From: Thermodesulfobacteriota bacterium
GTDB taxonomy: Bacteria; Desulfobacterota; WTBG01; JAGOGO01
NCBI GenBank assembly: GCA_026625185.1
Contig: CP113000.1
Location: 3,042,651 to 3,074,650 of the forward strand
DNA length: 32,000 nt
Reading direction: 5' to 3'
The notes below the pieces were generated by a model that saw only the letters and a list, made by a program, of their open reading frames with translations, ran no database searches and was not told the DNA's origin. Positions 24,681-32,000 of the stretch are shown here, piece by piece. Made by a program: the position numbers and the translations under genes. Every line of letters starts with the position of its first letter. Position 1 is the stretch's first letter.

Positions 24681-24743
24681 ACTCCCGCGAAGGCGGGAGT
24701 CCGGTAATTTCGATTAGTTTTGGATTCCTGTTTTCGCAGGAAT
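24681..24743. repeat. Pair of REP-like palindromic elements
   Basis: The two hairpins are ACTCCCGC-GAAG-GCGGGAGT (24681..24700) and ATTCCTG-TTTTCG-CAGGAAT (24724..24743). Spurious translations of this region give the VTPAKAGV / VIPAKTGIQ-type peptides typical of such palindromes. Confidence 0.5.
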
Positions 24744-24949
24744 GACATTTATAGAGGAACCCATAAATATCCTGTCTCATGATTTTTTAAAAGTGAAGCT
24801 TATGTCCTCAAGGAGGGTTAATGGAACAAATAGGCAGAAGTTCTCGCATGTCAATGACACTAAAACAAAGGGCCTAACATTTAAATCCTTTTCATCAAAA
24901 ACTTTCCTTTCATTTGCAAGCGTCTTTCTGGGTCCCTTCCGTGCCAGCT

Positions 24950-25804
24950 TTAGCCTTTTTCTGGCAAATTTTTTAACCGTGCATAAGAAAAAACCGGACC
25001 ATCCTTGCAAACATAAAACGAACCGACATTACAGCGTCCGCACTTTCCGATGCCACACTTCATACGGTTTTCAAGGGTTGTGTAGATTTGCTCATCCTTA
25101 AACCCAAGAGCCAGGAGGTTCTTGATGACAAACTTTATCATTACTGGTGGCCCGCAGGTGATTGCGATGGCGTTTTCCGGGGATGGTTTTAAACGAAGAA
25201 GATTGTCAGGAACAACCCCCACGAATCTATCCCAACCGGCCTCTGGTACATCGATTGAAAGATGAACCCGAACATTCCTCCTCTGCCAAAAAACTGACTG
25301 TTCTGTTTGGAAATGGTCCTCACGGTAACAGAGGTCTGCGGTGGTACGGGCGCCGTAAATAATGTCTAACCCTCCGAATTCTCCCTTTTTGTCAAGAACA
25401 TACTGAATAATAGACCGTAAGGGCGCCTGGCCGATCCCCCCTCCAATGGTAATGATATTTTTCTGATACCATTCGTCCAACGGAAAGTTGTTTCCGTAAG
25501 GACCACGGATGGTGATCAAATCCCCTGCCTCCAGTTCGTGAATTGCCGAGGTTACCTTTCCCAGCTTCATGACACTAAAGTTGAGAAACTCCTTATTGGT
25601 AGGCGAGGAGGCGATCGATATCATGCTCTCCCCTACCCCGTTTATTCCCAGCATGGCACACTGACCGGGCTTGTGCTGAAACCTTTCGCGATATGCTTGG
25701 TCTTCTATCACCACCGCAAAGGTTTTGATGATCCTTTCGCCTGTGGTTTCCTGTTTAATGCTTTCAATCTTAGCTCGACGTGGAAGATATGGATTTTCTG
25801 TCAT
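24950..25804 (-). CDS. FlxA-like FAD/NAD(P)-binding oxidoreductase with a C-terminal [2Fe-2S] cluster (AsrB / sulfhydrogenase-gamma-like)
   Basis: 284 aa with an FNR-like fold (GGGIGQAPLRS) and C-terminal CGIGKCGRCNVG...C. The start overlaps the upstream stop (ATGA). Confidence 0.75.
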   Translation of the reverse strand: MTENPYLPRRAKIESIKQETTGERIIKTFAVVIEDQAYRERFQHKPGQCAMLGINGVGESMISIASSPTNKEFLNFSVMKLGKVTSAIHELEAGDLITIRGPYGNNFPLDEWYQKNIITIGGGIGQAPLRSIIQYVLDKKGEFGGLDIIYGARTTADLCYREDHFQTEQSVFWQRRNVRVHLSIDVPEAGWDRFVGVVPDNLLRLKPSPENAIAITCGPPVMIKFVIKNLLALGFKDEQIYTTLENRMKCGIGKCGRCNVGSFYVCKDGPVFSYARLKNLPEKG

Positions 25805-26817
25805 AAATTTTTTATTACCTTAAGGTTCGCGACAAGGTCTACGTTTTCCGGACACAGGGTGATACATCGGCCGCAACCCACGCAACCCGGCACCCCGTAG
25901 AGATCTATGTTTTGCTTAAATTTATGGTACATCCGGTTTTTCAGTCTCTCCGTTCTCGTGGGTCTCGGATTATGCCCCGAGGCATGAAGCGTGTACTCAG
26001 GGAACATACAAGAATCCCAAATCCTCAGTCGGTTAGCCCTGCCTCTGACCCTTTCGTCCTGAATATCAAAACAGTGGCAGGTCGGGCAGGTATAGGTACA
26101 GATACCGCAACTTATACATTTTCCCGATAACTCTCTCCAGAGGGAGTGGTCAAAGTGCTTTTCAATTTTACTCGCAATGCCCTCCGTGTCGATGGTTCTC
26201 CGAATTTTTTGGGGGGCCATTCCGGAAAGTTTCTCTTTTTCGGTTTGTTGCTGAGACGTGGGTGAAGAAAGAACCGCAGCCCCCTCCTTGGCAACCTGTT
26301 CTCCTTTTGAAGTGATCACCTCAAGGAAGTACTGCTCCCCCAGGTCGGTTAAAAGGATATCAAGCCCTTCGGGAGAGGAGGGATTGCCTCCCACCGAAGT
26401 GCAAAAACAGTTTGGATAAGGCTCTGAGCAATGGAAGCCAACGAGGAGGGTCGATTGTCTCTTTTGAAGATAATAGGGATCAGGATACTCCCTCTCAAAC
26501 ACCGGATCGAGCATATGAAACCCTCGGGCATCACACGGTCTGACCCCGAAAACAACCTGAGGCTTTTGCCCAACGCGGCCCTTAGGTTCTTTAGCTGCGT
26601 TGTTCTTGTCAAACACCAAGAGAATCTCACTTTGTGGAAAGATAACTCGCTTGGGCGACTGGGGTTGATTCTTAAGATCAAGCATGGCCTCCTTAGGGTT
26701 AGTAATGAGCTCGAAAACCGTAAGACCAACCTTTCTCACGGGAGCAAAAACTTCATAGTTCCGCAAAGCACTTAGAAATTCGTTTAACCTGTTCTTTTCA
26801 AGAAGAAAATGTTCCAT
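25801..26817 (-). CDS. FlxB-like Fe-S protein (AsrA / sulfhydrogenase-beta-like)
   Basis: 338 aa with CISCGICTYTCPTCHCFD and CVGCGRCITLCP. Confidence 0.7.
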   Translation of the reverse strand: MEHFLLEKNRLNEFLSALRNYEVFAPVRKVGLTVFELITNPKEAMLDLKNQPQSPKRVIFPQSEILLVFDKNNAAKEPKGRVGQKPQVVFGVRPCDARGFHMLDPVFEREYPDPYYLQKRQSTLLVGFHCSEPYPNCFCTSVGGNPSSPEGLDILLTDLGEQYFLEVITSKGEQVAKEGAAVLSSPTSQQQTEKEKLSGMAPQKIRRTIDTEGIASKIEKHFDHSLWRELSGKCISCGICTYTCPTCHCFDIQDERVRGRANRLRIWDSCMFPEYTLHASGHNPRPTRTERLKNRMYHKFKQNIDLYGVPGCVGCGRCITLCPENVDLVANLKVIKNL

Positions 26818-26828
26818 TTAGTTTATAC

Positions 26829-27806
26829 CTAAAAAATAAAATCATTCGGATCCTTGGGGTTAAAACTTGCAAATAATGGTTTATCATCAAGGTTACTTCC
26901 TGCAGTGTATTCAAAAATGTTTTTTATATCTTTTTCGAGCTTGCGGTTAAGAAGCATCAAGGGGAGATTAACCGGGCACACTCGCTCACACTCACCGCAG
27001 CCTGCACACCTACCGGCAAGATGGTATGATCGCGCGAGGTGAAACATAAGGTTTTCCGAAAGGTTCACTGATCGATTCACCCACTGGGGAGAAACTCTCT
27101 CGAGAATACAATCATCACAATAACAAAGCGGACAAGCATTCCGGCAAGCGTAACAGCGAAGACACCGGGCAAATTTATCCTTCCAATACTCATGCCTTTC
27201 CTCCAGTGCCATTTTTTCCATCTCTTCGATGTCCGAATAAGCTGCCCCCTTTGAGTCAACTAGGTCTTCCAAAAGAACATCGTACACTAAAGGATTGGGA
27301 AAAGCGCAGTGCTTGCAATGATCTGCCAACAATTCCTCTTTGGGTACCTCATGCGATTCATTGTCAAAGCGAATATAATACATCCCTTCGGCTTCGGTGA
27401 CCTCCGTGCAATTTCGGGCATCAGGGAACTTTCCCTCGATTTTCTTCAGGTCAATTGTTCCTCGACAGGGTACGCCAAGAATGACTACCTGTTCCCGCGG
27501 GATTCCTCTCTCAGCAAAGAGCTGGATGAGGGCTCTACTATCGCACCCTCTCGCCACAATTGCTATCTTTTCACCTCCGGTTTCTTTATTCCCCTCAAGT
27601 AACACCCCCTTTTCTAAGGTTAAATAATTCACTAAAGAAAGCGAGCACAGTGGGGAAAAAAAGAGCTGGTCGGCCTCGTCCCTGGTTCGGATAAAAATGG
27701 GAGACACCCTAAACCCGATGCTGTCTTTACCATAACCTATAAGGCAAGCGACATCTTCACGGGAAAAAACTGCTTTTGCTTCGTTTACCAGTTTCTCCTT
27801 ATCCAT
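26829..27806 (-). CDS. FlxC-like Fe-S protein
   Basis: 325 aa with CLRCYACRNACPLCYCDDC and CAGCGECERVCP. The N-terminal half resembles that of the preceding family (VARGCDSRAL). Confidence 0.7.
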   Translation of the reverse strand: MDKEKLVNEAKAVFSREDVACLIGYGKDSIGFRVSPIFIRTRDEADQLFFSPLCSLSLVNYLTLEKGVLLEGNKETGGEKIAIVARGCDSRALIQLFAERGIPREQVVILGVPCRGTIDLKKIEGKFPDARNCTEVTEAEGMYYIRFDNESHEVPKEELLADHCKHCAFPNPLVYDVLLEDLVDSKGAAYSDIEEMEKMALEERHEYWKDKFARCLRCYACRNACPLCYCDDCILERVSPQWVNRSVNLSENLMFHLARSYHLAGRCAGCGECERVCPVNLPLMLLNRKLEKDIKNIFEYTAGSNLDDKPLFASFNPKDPNDFIF

Positions 27807-27811
27807 AAAGT

Positions 27812-28228
27812 TTACTCGTCAAAAGTAGTAAGTGGACCAAGTTTCTTAATTTTTTCAGTTATTTCCTTAACAACATTCGAAAACTTTTTCCCCTCTGATG
27901 CTGACACCCAACTCATCTGTAGCCGCTCGGGATTTATTCCCACAAATTCCAAAAGATTCCGGAAAACAAAAATCTTTCTCCGGGCAAGGTAATTGCCTTC
28001 CATATAGTGACATTCACCCGGATGACAGCCGGAGATCAGCACCCCGTCCGCACCGTGACGAAACGCCGCTGCCACCATCAGGGGATTTATCCTTCCGGTG
28101 CACATGACCCTGATTGCCTTCAGGTTCGGAGGATAATGGAAGTGTGAGGTACCGGTAAGGTCAGCCCCTGCATAGGAGCACCAGTTGCAGAGAAAGGCCA
28201 TTATGTTGGGATCAAATTTCTTAAGCAT
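27812..28228 (-). CDS. mvhD: MvhD/FlxD-like [2Fe-2S] protein (methyl-viologen-reducing hydrogenase delta subunit family)
   Basis: 138 aa with FLCNWCSYAGADLTG, IRVMCTGR and ISGCHPGECHY. The start overlaps the hdrA stop by 8 nt. Confidence 0.9.
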   Translation of the reverse strand: MLKKFDPNIMAFLCNWCSYAGADLTGTSHFHYPPNLKAIRVMCTGRINPLMVAAAFRHGADGVLISGCHPGECHYMEGNYLARRKIFVFRNLLEFVGINPERLQMSWVSASEGKKFSNVVKEITEKIKKLGPLTTFDE

Positions 28229-30191
28229 ACTCTTCTCCTAATGCAGCCACCATAGATAATATTTGCCGATCAGCAAAGGATTTCTGTTGAATCGCACCGG
28301 AAAGACAAACCGACGCGCACACTCCACAGCCCTTGCAAAGCACCTCATTTACTGAGGCAACCTCTAATACCCGCCTGCCTCGTTTAACCTCTCTGAGCTC
28401 AATCGCATCAAAAGGACAAGCTTCCACACAAAAACCACAACCCCGACAATCACTCTCCTGCACGAATGAAGTCAGTGCCTGAATAATTACTTTTCCCGTA
28501 GAGAGCGGAATCAGCGATTTGGCTGCCGCCGCACTCGCCTGGGCTACCGAGTCGGGAATGTCCTTCGGTCCCTGACAACAGCCCGCCAAAAAGATGCCAT
28601 CGCTCGCAGAATCAACCGGACGAAGCTTGGGGTGGGCTTCCAGGAGAAACCTGTCCGGAGACTGGGAAAGTTTCAACAGGCTCGCTATTTGCGCAGTCTG
28701 CTTGTTGGGAATAATTCCACTTGCCAAAACTACCAGATCAGCCTCCACCTCCACTAACTCTCCCTGAAGGGTGTCCTCTGCCTTGACCACGAGTCGATCT
28801 CCCCTTCGGTAGACCTCCGAGGGATTTCCCCGCCGATACTTTACCCCTTCCTGCTTTACCCGATCGTAGAATTCCTCGAACCCCTTCCCAAAGGCCCTCA
28901 CGTCCATATAAAAAACGGTGATAGTCGCTTGGGGAAGCTTCTCCCGAACCAGATGGGCCTGCTTTGCCGTATACATGCAGCAGACCCGGGAACAATATTC
29001 ATTCCCTACCGTCTTGTCGCGGGAACCAACGCACTGGATAAACACCACATCCTTTGGCTTTTTCCCGTTGATGATGATCTCTCCCGTGGTCGGTCCGGAA
29101 GCATTGGACAGCCTCTCAAACTCTAAGCCCGTAATCACATTGTCATAAAGATGGTATCCATACTCTGGCTTCGTAGTTACGTCAAAAAGATCATAACCAG
29201 TAGCTATAACAATTGTTCCCACCTTTACCTCTACCAACTCTTCTTTCTGGGTGAAGTCGATCGCATTGGTCCCTTGCTTGCAGACCTCCAGACACTGGGT
29301 GCAATCTCTCGTCAGGAGATAGCGGCAGTGATCCGGATCAATTACATAGCAGGCTGGCACTGACTGTGGAAATGGAATGTAGATGCATTTCCTCTTGGAC
29401 AGGTTCAAATTAAAAGAGTCAGGTACTTCAATGGAACAGTATTGCGCACATTGCCCGCAGGCATTGCACTTTGTCTCGTCAATGTAGCGAGGTTTTTTCT
29501 TGATGGTGACTTCAAAGTTCCCCACAAAACCTTTGACGGCAACAACTTCAGAATAGGAAAAAAGTTCTATGTTTGGATGATTGCCCACGTCCGCCATTTT
29601 CGGGGTGAGGATGCAGGCAGAACAGTCGAGCGTGGGGAAGGTTTTATCTAACTGAATCATGTGTCCGCCGATACTTGGCTCTTTCTCTACCAGGTAAACC
29701 TTGTACCCCGTATCAGCAATGTCTAATGCCGCCTGAATTCCGGCAATACCTCCTCCAACCACTAACGCCGCCGGGGTTACCTCAACTTCCTTTTCCTCAA
29801 GTGGCTCCAACAGGGCAGCTTTGCTCACTGCTGCTGCCAGCAGCTTCTGGGCCTTCTGCGTAGCTTTCATTCGATCTTCGTGAACCCAGGAACACTGCTC
29901 GCGAATGTTTGCTATTTCAAGGCAATGGGGATTAAGTCCAGCGCTCCGCAAAGCTTTTCGAAAAGTAATTTCATGCATTCGAGGAGAACAGGCGGCCACC
30001 ACCACCCGGTCAAGGCCGTGCTCCTCGATATCCTTTTTTATTAGCTGTTGACCAGGTTCAGAACACATATATAAGTAATCCCTGGCCACCCGAACGCGCG
30101 GCAGTTGTTCAGCAAATTTGGTGAGCTTTGCTACATTTACGTTAGCCTTGATATTTACCCCGCAGTGACAAATATAAACACCTAACTTCAT
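28221..30191 (-). CDS. hdrA: Heterodisulfide reductase subunit A-like flavoprotein
   Basis: 656 aa with N-terminal GVYICHCGVNI...REQCSWVH, the FAD fold VVGGGIAGIQAALDIA, an inserted CNACGQCAQYC and C-terminal CRGCGFCVEACP and CKGCGVCASVC. All Cys codons are standard, with no in-frame TGA. Confidence 0.9.
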   Translation of the reverse strand: MKLGVYICHCGVNIKANVNVAKLTKFAEQLPRVRVARDYLYMCSEPGQQLIKKDIEEHGLDRVVVAACSPRMHEITFRKALRSAGLNPHCLEIANIREQCSWVHEDRMKATQKAQKLLAAAVSKAALLEPLEEKEVEVTPAALVVGGGIAGIQAALDIADTGYKVYLVEKEPSIGGHMIQLDKTFPTLDCSACILTPKMADVGNHPNIELFSYSEVVAVKGFVGNFEVTIKKKPRYIDETKCNACGQCAQYCSIEVPDSFNLNLSKRKCIYIPFPQSVPACYVIDPDHCRYLLTRDCTQCLEVCKQGTNAIDFTQKEELVEVKVGTIVIATGYDLFDVTTKPEYGYHLYDNVITGLEFERLSNASGPTTGEIIINGKKPKDVVFIQCVGSRDKTVGNEYCSRVCCMYTAKQAHLVREKLPQATITVFYMDVRAFGKGFEEFYDRVKQEGVKYRRGNPSEVYRRGDRLVVKAEDTLQGELVEVEADLVVLASGIIPNKQTAQIASLLKLSQSPDRFLLEAHPKLRPVDSASDGIFLAGCCQGPKDIPDSVAQASAAAAKSLIPLSTGKVIIQALTSFVQESDCRGCGFCVEACPFDAIELREVKRGRRVLEVASVNEVLCKGCGVCASVCLSGAIQQKSFADRQILSMVAALGEEYA

Positions 30192-30212
30192 GTTGTTTTT
30201 CCTGTGCTTGGG

Positions 30213-31349
30213 TTAGTTCAATACCAGGTCAATGATCTCCATAATATCCATCACTTTGAGTCGCTCTTCATAGCGGCCAATCTTTATCGCGTCCTCAAGC
30301 GTTAAAAGACAAAATGGGCAGGAAGTGGCAATAACCTCAACTCCTAAGTCAATGGCCTCTCTGACCCTCAGGTTGGCAGTTCTATCTTTTGCATCAAAGG
30401 CTTCGATCCACATCCGTCCGCCACCCCCTTCACAACACAAACTCCGCTCCCGACAGCGGTCAAACTCAACATAGTTTAGACCGGGAACACGCTGAAGTAT
30501 CCTTCGAGGTTCATCAAAAACCTGGTTGTGTTTTCCGAGAAAACATGGATCATGAAAGGCCACCTTCTTGGTAAACTCCCCGGTAAAAGCAAGACGGCCC
30601 TCGGTGAGCAACTCGTCAATTTTTTGGGTATAGTGTTTTACTTCCACATCCAAGCCGGGATAATCATGGATAAAACTGTTATAACAATGGGGCGAGGTGA
30701 CCACTATCTGCTTGATGGGGTATTTCTTAAAGTTTTCCAAATTTTTCTCCCTCAGCGCTTCAAAATTCCAGAGGTCTCCTAACCTCTTGATCTCATTGCC
30801 GCAACAGACTTCCTCAAGCCCTAAAATACCAAAATTTACTCCTCCCTTATTAAAAGCTTTAACAATAGCTCTCGGCACTTTCTGAAGCCTTTGGTCAAAG
30901 GCTGGGGTACAGCACACGTAATAGAGGACTTCTGCATCCGCGATGTTTTTTACCTCCAACCCTCGCGTCCAGTCAGTCCTTGAATCCTTTCCCATTCCCC
31001 ATGGATTCTTGCGAACATCGATACTTTTGAGGACATCCCTCACCTTTGCCGGAATTTCACCGTCTTCTACCAAAACACTCCGCAGGGTAAGCACCATTTC
31101 CATCGGGTCAACTCCTTTGGGGCATCGACTCATACAGGTCCCGCATGCAGAACAGTTCCAAAGATAGTCCTTGTTATGGGCTACTTCTTCTCCTTCAGTA
31201 TATAACACTTCATTAAGAATGCGCCGCACATTAAAGGTTTTGCAAACCAGGGCAATCGGGCACCCACCCGTACACTTGCCGCATTGGATACATGGAAAGA
31301 GTCGTTCCCGGCCAATCGTTACTAATCGTTTCCATTCTTCTTCCGGCAT
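30213..31349 (-). CDS. Fused HdrC/HdrB-like protein (HdrD/BamD-like; 2x[4Fe-4S] plus two CCG domains)
   Basis: CIQCGKCTGGCP and CSACGTCMSRCP mark the HdrC part. EEVCCGNE and SLCCEGGGG are the CCG motifs of the HdrB part. The ATG at 31349 is preceded by AGGAAAGG; the track start is GTG 31358. Confidence 0.85.
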   Translation of the reverse strand: MPEEEWKRLVTIGRERLFPCIQCGKCTGGCPIALVCKTFNVRRILNEVLYTEGEEVAHNKDYLWNCSACGTCMSRCPKGVDPMEMVLTLRSVLVEDGEIPAKVRDVLKSIDVRKNPWGMGKDSRTDWTRGLEVKNIADAEVLYYVCCTPAFDQRLQKVPRAIVKAFNKGGVNFGILGLEEVCCGNEIKRLGDLWNFEALREKNLENFKKYPIKQIVVTSPHCYNSFIHDYPGLDVEVKHYTQKIDELLTEGRLAFTGEFTKKVAFHDPCFLGKHNQVFDEPRRILQRVPGLNYVEFDRCRERSLCCEGGGGRMWIEAFDAKDRTANLRVREAIDLGVEVIATSCPFCLLTLEDAIKIGRYEERLKVMDIMEIIDLVLN

Positions 31350-31436
31350 AAAATCCACCTTTCCTCACAAACAATCGCAGAACTAACGGAAGAGAGACTT
31401 TTTAAATTGTCCCTCCTCACCTGGCTCATATTAGGT

Positions 31437-31475
31437 AAAAAAAAAGTAGCTGGATATGCCCCCCCAAGCTACTTT
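31437..31475 (-). terminator. Rho-independent terminator-like hairpin between the ferredoxin gene and the hdr cluster
   Basis: The minus strand reads AAAGTAGCTTGG-GGGGGCATAT-CCAGCTACTTT (11 bp with one bulge). It runs into a T9 stretch. Confidence 0.55.
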
Positions 31476-31644
31476 CTGGTAGTCTTGTCAATTCTAAAAA
31501 ATGTTAGTTGAGCTTTGTAATATCCTCGGATCCACCCTTAGTAAAAAACCAAAAATTTTTTGATTATCAGCCTTATGGGAAAAAATAAAACACGGTACTA
31601 ATTAGGATCAAAAATTCGCCTCTGCATCCCCGTAAAGGCGTAAT

Positions 31645-32000
31645 TTAGATTTCCATAATAGATAAAGCCCCTTTCTCACAAACTTTGACGCAGTGCGGGT
31701 CTGGTGGATCGCCACAGAAATCGCACTTCAAAGCTACTCCGGTGTCCGGTTCGGTAAACCACGGTCTCGCCGGACAGGAAGATCGGCAAAGCGTGCAGCC
31801 ATCATATTGTTGCCCTGCGATAACAACATCGAATTTGGAGGTACATTCCGCAGTAGTAGTTGGTCCCGCAATGATCAAAAAAAATCGTTGTTCTTCTTCA
31901 TCCTCAAAAACCCGTATGCGGGACTTTTTGGGGTTAACCTCGTTGGTGTAATGCTTCATAGAACATGCTGTCTCACATTCTTGACAACCAGTACACTTAC
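31645..32000 (-). CDS. 4Fe-4S ferredoxin-type protein, 5' end outside the window (CooF/AorA/BamC-like)
   Basis: The frame stays open to the window edge. Upstream of the track's Met it reads KCTGCQECETACS. Later motifs are NPKKSRIRV, CTLCRSSCP and KCDFCG...HCVKVCEKGA. Confidence 0.7.
   Translation of the reverse strand, partial: KCTGCQECETACSMKHYTNEVNPKKSRIRVFEDEEEQRFFLIIAGPTTTAECTSKFDVVIAGQQYDGCTLCRSSCPARPWFTEPDTGVALKCDFCGDPPDPHCVKVCEKGALSIMEI

Overview
This is a 32-kb chromosomal window from an anaerobic bacterium. The organism cannot be named because the window holds no rRNA or marker gene. I saw no transposases, integrases, CRISPR arrays or recognisable defence genes. All calls were made by eye from motifs in the supplied translations and from reading the DNA; no database search or folding program was available. 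1-10 kb holds housekeeping genes: a Ski2/HelY-like helicase, a GH3 NagZ-like hexosaminidase, a nucleotide-sugar dehydrogenase, engB, birA, ftsH and tRNA-Asp(GTC). 10.2-11.8 kb holds a DsbA/FrnE-like gene and an alpha/beta hydrolase. The DsbA-like gene is full length only if two in-frame TGA codons are decoded. The first TGA gives a U-P-W-C redox motif, so this is a putative selenoprotein; ORF callers see only a truncated 124-aa piece. 12.1-23.1 kb is all on the minus strand. It starts with a Cys-rich unknown protein and a DRTGG protein, followed by a 0.7-kb untranslated gap containing a long hairpin. Then comes a tightly packed gene string: nuoE-like, nuoF-like (HydB type), an FdhA/NuoG-like subunit with Ser at the catalytic Sec/Cys position, nfnA, nfnB, DRTGG, a HATPase and an [FeFe]-hydrogenase-like Fe-S protein. 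This joins modules known separately (HydBC-type NADH module, SfrA-like pseudo-formate-dehydrogenase, complete NfnAB, putative sensory hydrogenase module) into one candidate composite electron-bifurcating system. I consider it the most interesting content of the window. 23.6-24.4 kb encodes a secreted MORN-repeat protein. 24.9-32.0 kb (minus strand) holds a partial 4Fe-4S ferredoxin gene, a terminator-like hairpin, then an hdrCB fusion, hdrA, mvhD and flxC-, flxB- and flxA-like genes. This is an Flx-Hdr type cluster in inverted order, and its first four genes mimic bamC-D-E-F order. Smaller oddities are a 40-bp perfect palindrome covering a ribosome-binding site, a promoter/9-codon ORF/terminator mini-unit, a lipoprotein-like gene with an in-frame TAG, REP-like palindromes, and a visibly GC-richer block at about 14.3-21.0 kb.
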